From assembly GCF_001677475.2 (NCBI RefSeq), contig NZ_CP015229.1: a DNA stretch of 64,000 nt; one strand, given 5' to 3'. The DNA is from Escherichia coli. Its GTDB lineage: Bacteria; Pseudomonadota; Gammaproteobacteria; Enterobacterales; Enterobacteriaceae. The translations under genes were made by a program, and so were the position numbers. Under the pieces are notes generated by a model. It searched no databases. It saw only the letters and a list, made by a program, of their open reading frames with translations, and was not told the DNA's origin. Positions 25,531 through 38,079 of the stretch are shown in pieces (position 1 is the stretch's first letter; each line of letters opens with the position of its first letter).

Positions 25531-27195
25531 ATGAGTGAGGCAGAAGCCCGCCCGACTAACTTTATTCGTCAGATCATCGATGAAGATCTGGCCAGTGGTA
25601 AGCACACCACAGTACACACCCGTTTCCCGCCGGAGCCGAATGGCTATCTGCATATTGGCCATGCGAAATCTATCTGCCTGAACTTCGGGATCGCCCAGGA
25701 CTATAAAGGCCAGTGCAACCTGCGTTTCGACGACACTAACCCGGTAAAAGAAGATATCGAGTATGTTGAGTCGATCAAAAACGACGTTGAGTGGTTAGGT
25801 TTTCACTGGTCTGGTAACGTCCGTTACTCCTCCGATTATTTTGATCAGCTCCACGCCTATGCGATCGAACTGATCAATAAAGGCCTGGCGTACGTTGATG
25901 AACTGACACCGGAACAGATCCGCGAATACCGCGGCACCCTGACGCAGCCGGGTAAAAACAGCCCGTACCGCGACCGCAGCGTTGAAGAGAACCTGGCGCT
26001 GTTCGAAAAAATGCGTACCGGTGGTTTTGAAGAAGGTAAAGCCTGCCTGCGTGCGAAAATCGACATGGCGTCGCCATTTATCGTAATGCGCGATCCGGTG
26101 CTGTACCGCATTAAATTTGCTGAACACCACCAGACTGGCAACAAGTGGTGCATCTACCCGATGTACGACTTCACCCATTGCATCAGCGATGCGCTGGAAG
26201 GTATTACGCACTCTCTGTGTACGCTTGAGTTCCAGGACAACCGTCGCCTGTACGATTGGGTGCTGGACAACATCACCATTCCTGTTCACCCGCGCCAGTA
26301 CGAATTCTCGCGCCTGAATCTGGAATACACTGTGATGTCCAAGCGTAAGCTGAACCTGCTGGTGACCGACAAGCACGTTGAAGGCTGGGATGACCCGCGT
26401 ATGCCGACCATTTCCGGTCTGCGTCGTCGTGGTTACACTGCGGCTTCTATTCGTGAGTTCTGCAAACGCATCGGCGTGACCAAGCAGGACAACACCATTG
26501 AAATGGCGTCGCTGGAATCCTGCATCCGTGAAGATCTCAACGAAAACGCCCCGCGCGCAATGGCGGTTATCGATCCGGTGAAACTGGTTATCGAAAACTA
26601 TCAGGGCGAAGGCGAAATGGTCACCATGCCGAACCATCCGAACAAACCGGAAATGGGGAGCCGTCAGGTGCCGTTTAGCGGTGAGATTTGGATCGATCGC
26701 GCCGATTTCCGCGAAGAAGCTAACAAGCAGTACAAACGTCTGGTGCTGGGTAAAGAAGTGCGTCTGCGTAATGCTTACGTCATTAAGGCTGAACGCGTGG
26801 AGAAAGATGCCGAAGGCAATATCACCACCATCTTCTGTACTTATGACGCCGACACCTTAAGCAAAGATCCGGCAGATGGTCGTAAAGTGAAAGGCGTTAT
26901 TCACTGGGTGAGCGCGGCACATGCGCTGCCGGTTGAAATCCGTTTGTATGATCGTCTGTTCAGCGTGCCTAACCCAGGTGCTGCGGATGATTTCCTGTCG
27001 GTGATTAACCCGGAATCGCTGGTGATCAAACAGGGCTTTGCTGAACCGTCGCTGAAAGATGCGGTTGCGGGTAAAGCATTCCAGTTTGAGCGTGAAGGTT
27101 ACTTCTGCCTCGACAGCCGCCATTCCACTGCCGAAAAACCGGTATTTAACCGCACCGTTGGGCTGCGTGATACCTGGGCGAAAGTAGGCGAGTAA
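25531..27195 (+). CDS. glnS: Glutaminyl-tRNA synthetase
   Basis: 554 aa, class I HIGH (HIGHAKS) and KMSKS (VMSKR) motifs. Confidence 0.9.
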   Translation: MSEAEARPTNFIRQIIDEDLASGKHTTVHTRFPPEPNGYLHIGHAKSICLNFGIAQDYKGQCNLRFDDTNPVKEDIEYVESIKNDVEWLGFHWSGNVRYSSDYFDQLHAYAIELINKGLAYVDELTPEQIREYRGTLTQPGKNSPYRDRSVEENLALFEKMRTGGFEEGKACLRAKIDMASPFIVMRDPVLYRIKFAEHHQTGNKWCIYPMYDFTHCISDALEGITHSLCTLEFQDNRRLYDWVLDNITIPVHPRQYEFSRLNLEYTVMSKRKLNLLVTDKHVEGWDDPRMPTISGLRRRGYTAASIREFCKRIGVTKQDNTIEMASLESCIREDLNENAPRAMAVIDPVKLVIENYQGEGEMVTMPNHPNKPEMGSRQVPFSGEIWIDRADFREEANKQYKRLVLGKEVRLRNAYVIKAERVEKDAEGNITTIFCTYDADTLSKDPADGRKVKGVIHWVSAAHALPVEIRLYDRLFSVPNPGAADDFLSVINPESLVIKQGFAEPSLKDAVAGKAFQFEREGYFCLDSRHSTAEKPVFNRTVGLRDTWAKVGE

Positions 27196-27262
27196 TTTTA
27201 AGTTCTACCAGGCCGGGTGAGGCGTTTACGCCGCATCCGGCATGAAACATGCAAACAATCCA

Positions 27263-27289
27263 AAACGCCGCGCTCTGCGGCGTTTTTTT
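27263..27289 (+). terminator. Rho-independent terminator downstream of glnS
   Basis: Hairpin AAACGCCGCGCTCTGCGGCGTTTTTTT. Confidence 0.7.
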
Positions 27290-27643
27290 CTGCTTTTCTT
27301 CGCGAATTAATTCCGCTTCGCAATTTATCCATAAAACAAATTTAAAATCACAAGCCATAATTAAATAAAATGTAACCGCTTTCATCTTGCTGGAATTTCA
27401 CGCTTTTATTCTTCTGCAAGCCTTTCAACTGCAAACTTAAGCCTTGTAACAAAAATCATCAAAATATGTGCGGTTGCTCATGTTCTTACATTCTGGTTAC
27501 AGAAAGAGATTGATAATTCGCGTCGCGAAAAATAGTCTGTTCCTGTAGTCAGCGAGACTTTTCTCAACGCTACTTTTTTAATTTTTATTTTTTTCGCTGT
27601 TCACCTTTGGTGCAGCAATTTATACGTCAAAGAGGATTAACCC

Positions 27644-29050
27644 ATGCGTACGTTTAGTGGCAAACGTAGTACGCTGGCGCTGGCTATCGCCGGTGTTACA
27701 GCAATGTCGGGCTTTATGGCAATGCCGGAGGCTCGCGCCGAAGGATTCATCGACGATTCAACCTTAACCGGCGGTATCTATTACTGGCAGCGTGAACGCG
27801 ACCGTAAAGATGTTACCGACGGCGACAAATACAAAACCAACCTTTCTCACTCCACCTGGAACGCCAACCTCGATTTTCAGTCTGGTTATGCTGCTGATAT
27901 GTTCGGCCTTGATATTGCTGCGTTTACGGCGATTGAAATGGCGGAAAACGGTGACAGCTCTCACCCGAACGAAATCGCGTTTTCAAAAAGCAATAAAGCC
28001 TATGACGAAGACTGGTCCGGCGACAAAAGCGGTATAAGCCTGTATAAAGCAGCGGCCAAATTTAAATACGGTCCGGTGTGGGCGAGGGCAGGTTACATTC
28101 AGCCAACTGGTCAGACGCTGTTAGCGCCGCACTGGAGCTTCATGCCGGGTACTTATCAGGGGGCGGAAGCCGGGGCGAATTTTGATTACGGCGATGCTGG
28201 TGCGTTGAGTTTCTCCTACATGTGGACCAACGAATACAAAGCACCGTGGCATCTGGAAATGGATGAGTTTTATCAGAACGATAAAACCACCAAAGTTGAT
28301 TATCTGCACTCCCTTGGGGCGAAATACGACTTCAAAAATAACTTCGTACTGGAAGCGGCATTTGGTCAGGCGGAAGGGTATATCGATCAATATTTTGCCA
28401 AAGCCAGCTACAAATTTGATATCGCCGGTAGCCCGTTAACCACCAGCTACCAGTTCTATGGTACGCGCGATAAAGTTGACGATCGCAGCGTCAACGATCT
28501 TTATGACGGCACCGCCTGGCTGCAAGCGTTGACCTTTGGTTACCGGGCGGCTGACGTAGTGGATTTGCGCCTCGAAGGCACCTGGGTTAAGGCTGACGGT
28601 CAGCAGGGATACTTCCTGCAACGTATGACTCCAACCTACGCTTCCTCGAACGGTCGCCTGGATATCTGGTGGGATAACCGTTCCGACTTCAACGCTAACG
28701 GCGAAAAAGCGGTCTTCTTCGGTGCGATGTATGACCTGAAAAACTGGAATCTTCCAGGCTTCGCCATCGGCGCTTCCTACGTTTACGCATGGGATGCTAA
28801 ACCTGCGACCTGGCAGAGCAATCCGGATGCGTACTACGACAAAAACCGGACTATTGAAGAGTCTGCCTACAGCCTGGATGCGGTGTACACCATTCAGGAC
28901 GGTCGCGCCAAAGGCACGATGTTCAAACTGCACTTCACCGAATACGACAACCACTCCGACATCCCAAGCTGGGGCGGTGGTTACGGCAACATCTTCCAGG
29001 ATGAGCGTGACGTGAAATTTATGGTAATCGCACCATTCACCATCTTCTGA
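27644..29050 (+). CDS. chiP: Chitoporin (outer-membrane chitooligosaccharide porin)
   Basis: 468 aa with signal peptide and beta-barrel-like composition ending in F; long 5' UTR upstream; synteny after glnS. Confidence 0.85.
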   Translation: MRTFSGKRSTLALAIAGVTAMSGFMAMPEARAEGFIDDSTLTGGIYYWQRERDRKDVTDGDKYKTNLSHSTWNANLDFQSGYAADMFGLDIAAFTAIEMAENGDSSHPNEIAFSKSNKAYDEDWSGDKSGISLYKAAAKFKYGPVWARAGYIQPTGQTLLAPHWSFMPGTYQGAEAGANFDYGDAGALSFSYMWTNEYKAPWHLEMDEFYQNDKTTKVDYLHSLGAKYDFKNNFVLEAAFGQAEGYIDQYFAKASYKFDIAGSPLTTSYQFYGTRDKVDDRSVNDLYDGTAWLQALTFGYRAADVVDLRLEGTWVKADGQQGYFLQRMTPTYASSNGRLDIWWDNRSDFNANGEKAVFFGAMYDLKNWNLPGFAIGASYVYAWDAKPATWQSNPDAYYDKNRTIEESAYSLDAVYTIQDGRAKGTMFKLHFTEYDNHSDIPSWGGGYGNIFQDERDVKFMVIAPFTIF

Positions 29051-29099
29051 TGCCCGACGCGGCAGGTTTTGTGCCTGCCGCACGTTTGAGGAATTTGCT

Positions 29100-29426
29100 A
29101 TGAAAAAACTGATTCTCATCGCCATAATGGCATCGGGGCTGGTAGCTTGTGCGCAATCAACCGCGCCACAGGAAGACAGTCGTCTGAAAGAGGCATACAG
29201 CGCCTGTATCAACACCGCACAAGGTTCGCCAGAAAAAATTGAAGCCTGCCAGAGCGTGTTAAACGTGCTGAAGAAAGAGAAACAACATCAGCAGTTTGCC
29301 GACCAGGAAAGTGTCCGCGTACTGGATTATCAGCAGTGTCTGCGCGCAACGCAAACCGGAAATGATCAGGCGGTGAAAGCCGATTGTGATAAGGTCTGGC
29401 AGGAAATTCGCAGTAATAACAAATAA
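29100..29426 (+). CDS. chiQ: Lipoprotein ChiQ
   Basis: 108 aa with lipobox LVAC; immediately downstream of chiP. Confidence 0.8.
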   Translation: MKKLILIAIMASGLVACAQSTAPQEDSRLKEAYSACINTAQGSPEKIEACQSVLNVLKKEKQHQQFADQESVRVLDYQQCLRATQTGNDQAVKADCDKVWQEIRSNNK

Positions 29427-29467
29427 GTGAGAGCTGTAACTCTCGCTTTTCTTATTTCCCTTATATA

Positions 29468-29497
29468 AAAAAGCCAACCCGCAGGTTGGCTTTTCTC
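29468..29497. terminator. Bidirectional terminator between chiQ and fur
   Basis: Hairpin AAAAAGCCAACCCGCAGGTTGGCTTTTCT flanked by A/T runs on both sides. Confidence 0.65.
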
Positions 29498-29509
29498 GTT
29501 CAGGCTGGC

Positions 29510-29956
29510 TTATTTGCCTTCGTGCGCGTGCTCATCTTCGCGGCAATCGCCTTCGGCACAGTGACCGTAAAGATAGAGACTGTGGTTAGTCAGGCGAATG
29601 CCATGTTTTGCGGCAATTTCACGCTGACGCGCTTCGATGGAATCATCACTAAATTCGATTACCTTGCCGCAGTCGAGGCAGATCAGGTGATCGTGGTGAT
29701 GTTGCTGTGTCAGTTCAAATACGGATTTACCGCCTTCAAAATTGTGGCGGGTGACGATACCAGCGTCGTCAAACTGGTTCAGTACGCGATATACCGTAGC
29801 CAGACCAATTTCTTCACCCATATCGATCAGACGTTTGTATAAATCTTCCGCACTGACGTGATGGTTGTCCGGCTCCTGAAGAACTTCCAGGATTTTCAAG
29901 CGAGGAAGCGTTACTTTCAGGCCAGCTTTCTTTAGGGCGGTATTGTTATCAGTCAT
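29510..29956 (-). CDS. fur: Ferric uptake regulator
   Basis: 148 aa, MTDNNTALKKAGLKVTLPRLKILEVL, C-terminal HHDH/Cys metal sites. Confidence 0.95.
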   Translation of the reverse strand: MTDNNTALKKAGLKVTLPRLKILEVLQEPDNHHVSAEDLYKRLIDMGEEIGLATVYRVLNQFDDAGIVTRHNFEGGKSVFELTQQHHHDHLICLDCGKVIEFSDDSIEARQREIAAKHGIRLTNHSLYLYGHCAEGDCREDEHAHEGK

Positions 29957-30035
29957 GCGGAATCTGTCCTGTTACTAAGCGGTTCACTTCATTAGAAGAA
30001 GTGACAGAATTTGCTCTTGAGATAATGCGTATCAT
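29949..30035 (-). CDS. uof: uof, upstream ORF translationally coupled to fur
   Basis: 28-codon ORF MIRIISRANSVTSSNEVNRLVTGQIPHD whose stop overlaps the fur start codon. Confidence 0.7.
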   Translation of the reverse strand: MIRIISRANSVTSSNEVNRLVTGQIPHD

Positions 30036-30244
30036 TATAGAATTGCCACGCCTAAATGAAAACCACAAGTCCCTGGCAAATATTGTTAATAAAAACGTGG
30101 CACAGCTTACATTTACAACGGCAAGGCCACTTGAACACCGGGACATTGTACAGGTACAACAGCAAAAGTTACAAATTTGTAGCAATTATTTTGATTGGCA
30201 TTATCTATTAATACGGCGTAGACATGAGTCTACGCCGCATCACA

Positions 30245-30775
30245 TCAGGCATTGAGAATTTCGTCGAGATGCAGCTCTTCAGAAATTTGTTTAACCCATT
30301 TTTCTACACGTTCAGCGGTCAGTTCCGGCTGACGATCTTCGTCGATAGCCAGACCGACAAAGTGGTCATCATCAGCCAGACCTTTTGACGCTTCGAAGTG
30401 GTAGCCCGCGGTTGGCCAGTGACCAACGATGGTTGCACCGCGCGGTTCAATGATGTCGCGGATGGTGCCCAATGCATCGCAGAAGTATTCTGCGTAATCT
30501 TCCTGGTCGCCACAACCAAACAGCGCAACCAGTTTGCCATTGAAATCAATCTCTTCGAGAGTCGGGAAGAAGTCATCCCAGTCACACTGCGCTTCGCCGT
30601 AATACCAGGTTGGGATGCCCAGCAGCAGAATGTCATATGCTTCCAGATCTTCTTTGCTGCTTTTTGCAATGTCATGGACATCGGCAACGTCTTTACCAAG
30701 CTGTTTTTGAATCATTTTTGCGATATTTTCGGTATTACCGGTGTCGCTGCCGAAAAAGATGCCAGTGATAGCCAT
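30245..30775 (-). CDS. fldA: Flavodoxin 1
   Basis: 176 aa starting [16 protein letters not shown] (FMN-binding loop). Confidence 0.9.
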
Positions 30776-30914
30776 GAGTGAAATAACCTCTTGAAACTTA
30801 TTGAAATGGGGGTGGAAAATTGCCCACGGATAAAGGCAATCATAGCAGAACAGGCAGTCTTGCGGAATCAGCAAACGAGCAGGACTGCACACTGTGCTAC
30901 ATGAAAGTGGAAAT

Positions 30915-31208
30915 TTAAACGATGCCCTGACTACGCAGCGCCGCCAGTTGCTGCATTAACATCTCTTCGATCAGTTCGCTACGGCTCATATTGCGCGATT
31001 CCGCCAGCTCGTTCAGCGCCTCGACAGCTTCCGCGTTCAGCTTCAGTTCGACACGCTTAAGGCCACGTACTTTGTCGCGTTTTAGCTGGTTGCGTTTATT
31101 AATACGCAGCTGTTCATCGCGCGAAAGCGGATTAGTTTTCGGTCGTCCCGGTCGACGCTCGTGCGCGAACAGATCTAATGTCGTACGGTCCGTTTGTTCT
31201 TTGGCCAT
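30915..31208 (-). CDS. ybfE: LexA-regulated small protein YbfE
   Basis: 97 aa from [14 protein letters not shown]; synteny. Confidence 0.7.
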   Translation of the reverse strand: MAKEQTDRTTLDLFAHERRPGRPKTNPLSRDEQLRINKRNQLKRDKVRGLKRVELKLNAEAVEALNELAESRNMSRSELIEEMLMQQLAALRSQGIV

Positions 31209-31347
31209 GATCTTGGTGACTTCGGGGGAAACAATCAGCCAGGCCTCTGCCCGGATGGATAGCGCGCCATAATACATCAGCGCGATGAGTCACGCCAACG
31301 CCCACGCGCGGAAAGCGACGCGGACGCTGGGTTTTTAATCAGTTGCG

Positions 31348-32112
31348 TTAATCATTGAGATAGCGACGGATAGCGCGTAATACCGCATCCGGTTTTTCAG
31401 CATGGACCCAGTGACCCGCGCCTGCAATCACATGCGCCCGTGCCTGTGGAAATTGTGCCAGTAAATCATCACGGTACTGCTCGCTAACATACGGAGAATT
31501 GCCGCCAGGGATAAACAGGGCAGGGTGATCCCATGCCGGGATTTTCTCCCAACCCACAATATGCGGATACTGATCCCACAATACCGGCACGTTAAAGCGC
31601 CACTCCCCGTCAACAAAAGATTTCAACAGAAACTGAATCACCCCTTCTTCATTAAGATGCTGGCGCATTATTGCTGCTGCTTGCTGGCGAGTTTGTGCGT
31701 CCGATTCACTGACCGCGTTGATGGCCGCAAAAATCTCATCATGACGGCGTACGTGATAGTCGACCGGTGCGATATCGATCGCTACCAGCTTATCGATGCG
31801 ATCGGGGGCCAGTGCAGTAAGAGCCATTACCGCTTTACCGCCCATGGAGTGACCGATAAATGTTGCTTTGTCGATCTGCTGTGCATCCAGGGTATCAACA
31901 AGATCCTGCGCCATCGCCGGGTAATTCATTACCGGATCTCTCGGTGAAAGACCGTGGTTACGCATATCAACCTGGATGATATTGTGATCGTTTACCAAAT
32001 CGCGAGCCAGTACGCCAAGGTTGTCGAGACTGCCAAACAGACCATGGACAAGAACGATGGGAGAATTATTGTGCTGGTTTTGTGCAGTTTGCGCGCGGAT
32101 ATTCAATTTCAT
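31348..32112 (-). CDS. ybfF: Esterase YbfF (alpha/beta hydrolase)
   Basis: 254 aa with GHSMGG nucleophile elbow. Confidence 0.85.
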   Translation of the reverse strand: MKLNIRAQTAQNQHNNSPIVLVHGLFGSLDNLGVLARDLVNDHNIIQVDMRNHGLSPRDPVMNYPAMAQDLVDTLDAQQIDKATFIGHSMGGKAVMALTALAPDRIDKLVAIDIAPVDYHVRRHDEIFAAINAVSESDAQTRQQAAAIMRQHLNEEGVIQFLLKSFVDGEWRFNVPVLWDQYPHIVGWEKIPAWDHPALFIPGGNSPYVSEQYRDDLLAQFPQARAHVIAGAGHWVHAEKPDAVLRAIRRYLND

Positions 32113-32296
32113 GGCAAAGTTCTTTTTTTCGCGTTGTCGGGTTAGGGTATTATGTTGACCATTGTGCCACAGGGCTGCAACAAATAAGGTTTATTCCGAG
32201 TTTTTCTGCAAGCCAGGCTTGACGCTATCCGCTGCCGGGATTTATTCATATACTCCTGGCGACTTGTATTCAGCTAAGACACTGCACTGGATTAAG

Positions 32297-32842
32297 ATGA
32301 AAACGATTGAAGTTGATGATGAACTCTACAGCTATATTGCCAGCCACACTAAGCATATCGGCGAGAGCGCATCCGACATTTTACGGCGTATGTTGAAATT
32401 TTCCGCCGCATCACAGCCTGCTGCTCCGGTGACGAAAGAGGTTCGCGTTGCGTCACCTGCTATCGTCGAAGCGAAGCCGGTCAAAACGATTAAAGACAAG
32501 GTTCGCGCAATGCGTGAACTTCTGCTTTCGGACGAATACGCAGAGCAAAAGCGAGCGGTCAATCGCTTTATGCTGCTGTTGTCTACACTATATTCTCTTG
32601 ACGCTCAGGCGTTTGCTGAGGCAACGGAATCGTTGCATGGCCGCACGCGCGTTTACTTTGCGGCAGATGAACAAACGCTGCTGAAAAATGGTAATCAGAC
32701 CAAGCCGAAACATGTGCCTGGTACGCCGTATTGGGTGATCACCAACACCAACACCGGCCGTAAATGCAGCATGATCGAACACATCATGCAGTCGATGCAA
32801 TTCCCGGCGGAATTGATTGAGAAGGTTTGCGGAACTATCTAA
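32297..32842 (+). CDS. seqA: Replication initiation negative regulator SeqA
   Basis: 181 aa from [15 protein letters not shown]. Confidence 0.9.
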
Positions 32843-32867
32843 AACGTTGCAGACAAAGGACAAAGCA

Positions 32868-34508
32868 ATGGCAATCCACAATCGTGCAGGCCAACCTGCA
32901 CAACAGAGTGATTTGATTAACGTCGCCCAACTGACGGCGCAATATTATGTACTGAAACCAGAAGCAGGGAATGCGGAGCACGCGGTGAAATTCGGTACTT
33001 CCGGTCACCGTGGCAGTGCAGCGCGCCACAGCTTTAACGAGCCGCACATTCTGGCGATCGCTCAGGCAATTGCTGAAGAACGTGCGAAAAACGGCATCAC
33101 TGGCCCTTGCTATGTGGGTAAAGATACTCACGCCCTGTCCGAGCCTGCGTTCATTTCCGTACTGGAAGTGCTGGCAGCGAACGGTGTTGATGTCATTGTG
33201 CAGGAAAACAATGGCTTCACTCCGACGCCTGCTGTTTCCAATGCCATCCTGGTTCACAATAAAAAAGGTGGCCCGCTGGCAGACGGTATCGTGATTACAC
33301 CGTCCCATAACCCGCCGGAAGATGGTGGTATCAAGTACAATCCGCCAAATGGTGGCCCGGCTGATACCAACGTCACTAAAGTGGTGGAAGATCGTGCCAA
33401 CGCACTGCTGGCCGACGGCCTGAAAGGCGTGAAGCGTATCTCCCTCGACGAAGCGATGGCATCCGGTCATGTGAAAGAGCAGGATCTGGTGCAGCCGTTT
33501 GTGGAAGGTCTGGCCGATATCGTTGATATGGCGGCGATTCAGAAAGCGGGCCTGACGCTGGGCGTTGATCCGCTGGGTGGTTCCGGTATCGAATACTGGA
33601 AGCGCATTGGCGAGTATTACAATCTCAACCTGACCATCGTTAACGATCAGGTCGATCAAACCTTCCGCTTTATGCACCTCGATAAAGACGGCGCGATCCG
33701 TATGGACTGCTCCTCCGAGTGTGCGATGGCGGGCCTGCTGGCACTGCGTGATAAGTTCGATCTGGCGTTTGCTAACGACCCGGATTATGACCGTCACGGT
33801 ATCGTCACTCCGGCAGGTTTGATGAATCCGAACCACTACCTGGCGGTGGCGATCAACTACCTGTTCCAGCATCGTCCGCAGTGGGGCAAAGATGTTGCTG
33901 TCGGTAAAACGCTGGTTTCTTCTGCGATGATCGACCGTGTGGTCAATGACTTGGGCCGTAAGCTGGTAGAAGTCCCGGTAGGTTTCAAATGGTTTGTTGA
34001 TGGTCTGTTCGACGGCAGCTTCGGCTTTGGCGGCGAAGAGAGCGCAGGGGCTTCCTTCCTGCGTTTCGACGGCACGCCGTGGTCCACCGATAAAGACGGC
34101 ATCATTATGTGTCTGCTGGCGGCGGAAATCACTGCCGTTACCGGTAAGAACCCGCAAGAACACTACAACGAACTGGCAAAACGCTTTGGTGCGCCGAGCT
34201 ACAACCGTTTGCAGGCAGCCGCGACTTCCGCACAAAAAGCGGCGCTGTCTAAACTGTCTCCGGAAATGGTGAGCGCCAGCACCCTGGCAGGTGACCCGAT
34301 CACCGCGCGCCTGACCGCTGCGCCTGGCAACGGTGCTTCTATCGGCGGTCTGAAAGTGATGACTGACAACGGCTGGTTCGCCGCGCGTCCGTCAGGCACG
34401 GAAGACGCCTATAAGATCTATTGTGAAAGCTTCCTCGGGGAAGAACATCGCAAGCAGATTGAGAAAGAAGCGGTTGAGATTGTTAGCGAAGTTCTAAAAA
34501 ACGCGTAA
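32868..34508 (+). CDS. pgm: Phosphoglucomutase
   Basis: 546 aa from [11 protein letters not shown]; active-site TPSHNP motif. Confidence 0.9.
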
Positions 34509-34523
34509 ACACATTTAATAAGA

Positions 34524-34553
34524 AAAAGGGCGGTCAGAAGATCGCCCTTTTTT
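34524..34553. terminator. Bidirectional terminator between pgm and potE
   Basis: Hairpin AAAAAGGGCGGTCAGAAGATCGCCCTTTTTT. Confidence 0.7.
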
Positions 34554-34564
34554 ACTTTGCTTTA

Positions 34565-35884
34565 TTAACCGTGTTTATTTTTCAGTTCAAAGCGTGGTGA
34601 GACCAGACCATACAGTGTCCAACCGAGGAAGGTCACGATGGAACCGTATAGCATGGCTTCTTCCCCGGATGAGTACAGCGCATAAAAGCTGTACATCGCG
34701 CCAACAAAAGCAACAAAGTTTGCAACTTTCGCTTTTGAGGGGGGCACATTAGCGACCTTCTGAATAATGACTAATGCCGCCATTGACAGAATATACGGAA
34801 TGATATTGGTCACCACGGCCAGGTTAACCAGCACGTTGAACTGACTGTTTAGCGACGGGCTAATCGTCATCAGCGCCAACCCGCTCTGGATAATCACAAT
34901 GGTCAACATTCCCTGCACCGGTGCATCCACTTTGGTTACACGGGAGAAAATTTTAGGGAAGTAGCCTTCATCAGATGAAGATTTAAACACCTGGGCAATG
35001 GTGAACTGCCAGCCAAGCAGCGAACCGCAGCAGGACATCACCATCAGCGCCATAATGACTTTACCCACTTCTGGCGTGAACATCTGTGCGAAGGCCAGGC
35101 CAAATGGTGCCGTTGAATTTGCCAGCTCCATATTAGGCACAATCCCTGCAATCACGTTGGTGGAGACGATATAAATCACCGCCGCACCTAACGTACCGCC
35201 GAGTACCGCGATTGGCACATTACGTTCCGGGTTTTCCACTACATCAGTATTCGCACACGCAGACTCCAGACCAAGAAAAGCCCACAGCGTCATAGCGATG
35301 GAAGAACCTACCGCACTGAAGAACGGTGCATGATGCGGATTCCAGGAATCAACGTAAAGCGTCGGGCTAAACCAGAACCAGCCGATAACGCACAGGCCTA
35401 CCACCGGAATAATGACCCCCCACACGGTAATGCTACTGATTTGCCCGGTAATGCGCGCACCACCAAAGTTAGCCACGGTACAAATCCACAGCACCCCGAT
35501 GGTCGCAAGACCAATCTGCACTGGCGACAAACTCGCGCCGAGCAGTTCGGTGCCGTAACCAACCGCCGAAATAGCAATCGCGACGTTAGCAATCAGCAGT
35601 GAGACGCCGTAGGTATAGTTCGCCATAAAGTTACCGGATTTACCGAAAGCATACTCGGCATAACCGCCCATACCACCTGATTTACGGCTGAACATACCGC
35701 ATTTTGCGAATGCCCATGCCAGTGCCATTGAGCCTACGGCTGTCACCAGCCAGGAAATAATTGAGATTGTCCCGACTTCGGCAAGCTTTGTCGGCAGCAT
35801 GATGATACCGGAGCCCATCATGTTGACCATCGTCAGTATGGTTAACTGAACGACGCCCATCTTATTCGATTTAGCCTGACTCAT
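34565..35884 (-). CDS. potE: Putrescine/ornithine antiporter
   Basis: 439-aa APC-family transporter; overlaps speF stop. Confidence 0.9.
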   Translation of the reverse strand: MSQAKSNKMGVVQLTILTMVNMMGSGIIMLPTKLAEVGTISIISWLVTAVGSMALAWAFAKCGMFSRKSGGMGGYAEYAFGKSGNFMANYTYGVSLLIANVAIAISAVGYGTELLGASLSPVQIGLATIGVLWICTVANFGGARITGQISSITVWGVIIPVVGLCVIGWFWFSPTLYVDSWNPHHAPFFSAVGSSIAMTLWAFLGLESACANTDVVENPERNVPIAVLGGTLGAAVIYIVSTNVIAGIVPNMELANSTAPFGLAFAQMFTPEVGKVIMALMVMSCCGSLLGWQFTIAQVFKSSSDEGYFPKIFSRVTKVDAPVQGMLTIVIIQSGLALMTISPSLNSQFNVLVNLAVVTNIIPYILSMAALVIIQKVANVPPSKAKVANFVAFVGAMYSFYALYSSGEEAMLYGSIVTFLGWTLYGLVSPRFELKNKHG

Positions 35885-38079
35885 AATTTTTCCCCTTTCA
35901 ACAGGGTGCTTTGCGCATCACGAGGCTTGATGACATAGCACCAAACTTGCTTACGACCATCATGTTCTTCGATATAGACACCCTGCAGCTCTGGTGCAAA
36001 ACCTGGCAGCAGGTTGATCCCTTCTTCCAGAGCGCTGAAGTAACGCAGAACAGCACCACCCCAGATTTCACCCGGAACAACACACAGCACACCCGGAGGA
36101 TAAGGAAGCGCACCTTCGGCAGCGATACGGCCTTCTGCATCCGGCAGACGAACCAGCTCCACTTCACCGCGTAAGTAGGCGTAGTTGGCTTCTTGCGGAT
36201 TCATGCTGACGCGTGGGAAGTGTTCCTTACGGAACATCTCTTTTTGCAGTTGTTTCACGTTGTGACGGGCATACAAATCATGCATTTCCTGGCACAACTG
36301 ACGCAGGGTATAACCGGCGTAGCGCTCTTCATGCTGTTTGTAGATGGAAGGCAGTACTTCCGCCAGAGGCGCATCAGCTTCCAGTAGTTTTTCGAAGCGT
36401 ACCAGCAGGGCAACAAGTTGCTGCAGTTTGGCCATATCTTCTGCCGGAGTCAGCAGGAAGAGGATGGAGTTAAGATCGCATTTTTCCGGCACTACGCCAT
36501 TTTCGCGCAGGAAGTTAGCAAGAATCGTTGCGGGTACACCGAACGCTTCATATTCGCCGTTACGTGCATCAATACCTGGAGTTGTCAGCAACAGTTTGCA
36601 CGGATCGACAAAGTATTGGTTCTCTGCGTAGCCTTCAAAAGAATGCCAGTGCTCACCGGGTACAAATTTAAAGAAGCGTAGATCAACCGCAATTTGCGCT
36701 GTTTCATACGACTGCCAGGGTTTACCATCCACCAGTTCAGGAACGAACGGGCGAATGTGCTGGCAGTTATCGAGGATCAATTTGCGGGCATTAATACCGT
36801 TAACCACACAATCCATCCACATATTACGACCGCTGACACCTTCATGCATTTTAGCGTTGATATCCAGTGCGGCAAACAGCGGATAGAACGGGCTGGTGGA
36901 GGCGTGCATCATAAAGGCGTTGTTCATGCGTTTGTGCGGTACATAACGCTGTTGCCCTTTGATATGGCTGTCTTTTTTATGAATTTGTGAAGTCTGAGAA
37001 AAACCAGCCTGTTGTTTATGCACAGATTGCGTAACCAGAATACCCGGATCGTTCTCATTAAGCTCCAGTAGCAGCGGCGAACAGTCCGCCATCATCGGAA
37101 TAAACTGTTCATAGCCGACCCATGCTGAGTCAAACAGGATGTAGTCACACAGATGACCGATTTTATCCACCACCTGGCGGGCGTTATAAATAGTACCGTC
37201 GTAGGTGCCTAACTGAATCACAGCGAGGCGGAACGGACGCGCCTCTTTTGCCCGTTGCGGTGCAACTTCTGTAATCAGTTCACGCAGATAACTTTCTTCG
37301 AAGCAGTGCGCATCAATGCCACCGATAAAACCATACGGGTTACGTGCTGTTTCCAGATAAACCGGTGTTGCACCAGCCTGTAGCAAGGCCCCGTGGTGGT
37401 TAGACTTATGGTTATTGCGGTCAAACAGCACCAGATCACCCGGTGTCAGCAGGGCGTTTAAAACCACTTTGTTGGAAGAGGAGGTGCCGTTTAAAACAAA
37501 GTACGTTTTATCGGCATTAAACACTTTAGCCGCATGTTGCTGTGCAATGCATGGCGCACCTTCATGAATCAGTAGATCGCCCATTGCAACGTCGGCATTA
37601 CACAAGTCGGAGCGGAAGAGCATTTCGCCAAAATATTCCACGAACTGATTGCCTGCCGGATGGCGACGGAAAAACTCACCTCCCTGATGACCCGGGCAGT
37701 CAAAAGCGCTATTGCCCTGATTGACATAATCGACCAGTGCGCGGAAGAAGGGCGGGCGCAGTTGCGTTTCATAATGGCTGGCAGCGGTTTCTAACTGACG
37801 TCCATAAAACTCTTTCCGTGATTCGCAATGCTCGAAGACACCCGAAATACGGGGCAAATACTCTGCGGGTACACGTTCTTCATTTTCCGTTGCAATAAAA
37901 ACAGGAATGCCATAGCCAGTAGCGTCTATTTCATCGAGTTTTCCACGTTCAACATCACTGACTGATAAAATAATGGCGGCAACGTCAATATAATTACTTT
38001 TGTCAATATTCACGCATTCACGATGAGTGGAAAAACAATCCGGGCAAGAACGGCTAACGGCAATTTTTAATTCTGACAT
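35881..38079 (-). CDS. speF: Inducible ornithine decarboxylase
   Basis: 732 aa from MSELKIAV; PLP-dependent fold-I decarboxylase. Confidence 0.9.
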   Translation of the reverse strand: MSELKIAVSRSCPDCFSTHRECVNIDKSNYIDVAAIILSVSDVERGKLDEIDATGYGIPVFIATENEERVPAEYLPRISGVFEHCESRKEFYGRQLETAASHYETQLRPPFFRALVDYVNQGNSAFDCPGHQGGEFFRRHPAGNQFVEYFGEMLFRSDLCNADVAMGDLLIHEGAPCIAQQHAAKVFNADKTYFVLNGTSSSNKVVLNALLTPGDLVLFDRNNHKSNHHGALLQAGATPVYLETARNPYGFIGGIDAHCFEESYLRELITEVAPQRAKEARPFRLAVIQLGTYDGTIYNARQVVDKIGHLCDYILFDSAWVGYEQFIPMMADCSPLLLELNENDPGILVTQSVHKQQAGFSQTSQIHKKDSHIKGQQRYVPHKRMNNAFMMHASTSPFYPLFAALDINAKMHEGVSGRNMWMDCVVNGINARKLILDNCQHIRPFVPELVDGKPWQSYETAQIAVDLRFFKFVPGEHWHSFEGYAENQYFVDPCKLLLTTPGIDARNGEYEAFGVPATILANFLRENGVVPEKCDLNSILFLLTPAEDMAKLQQLVALLVRFEKLLEADAPLAEVLPSIYKQHEERYAGYTLRQLCQEMHDLYARHNVKQLQKEMFRKEHFPRVSMNPQEANYAYLRGEVELVRLPDAEGRIAAEGALPYPPGVLCVVPGEIWGGAVLRYFSALEEGINLLPGFAPELQGVYIEEHDGRKQVWCYVIKPRDAQSTLLKGEKL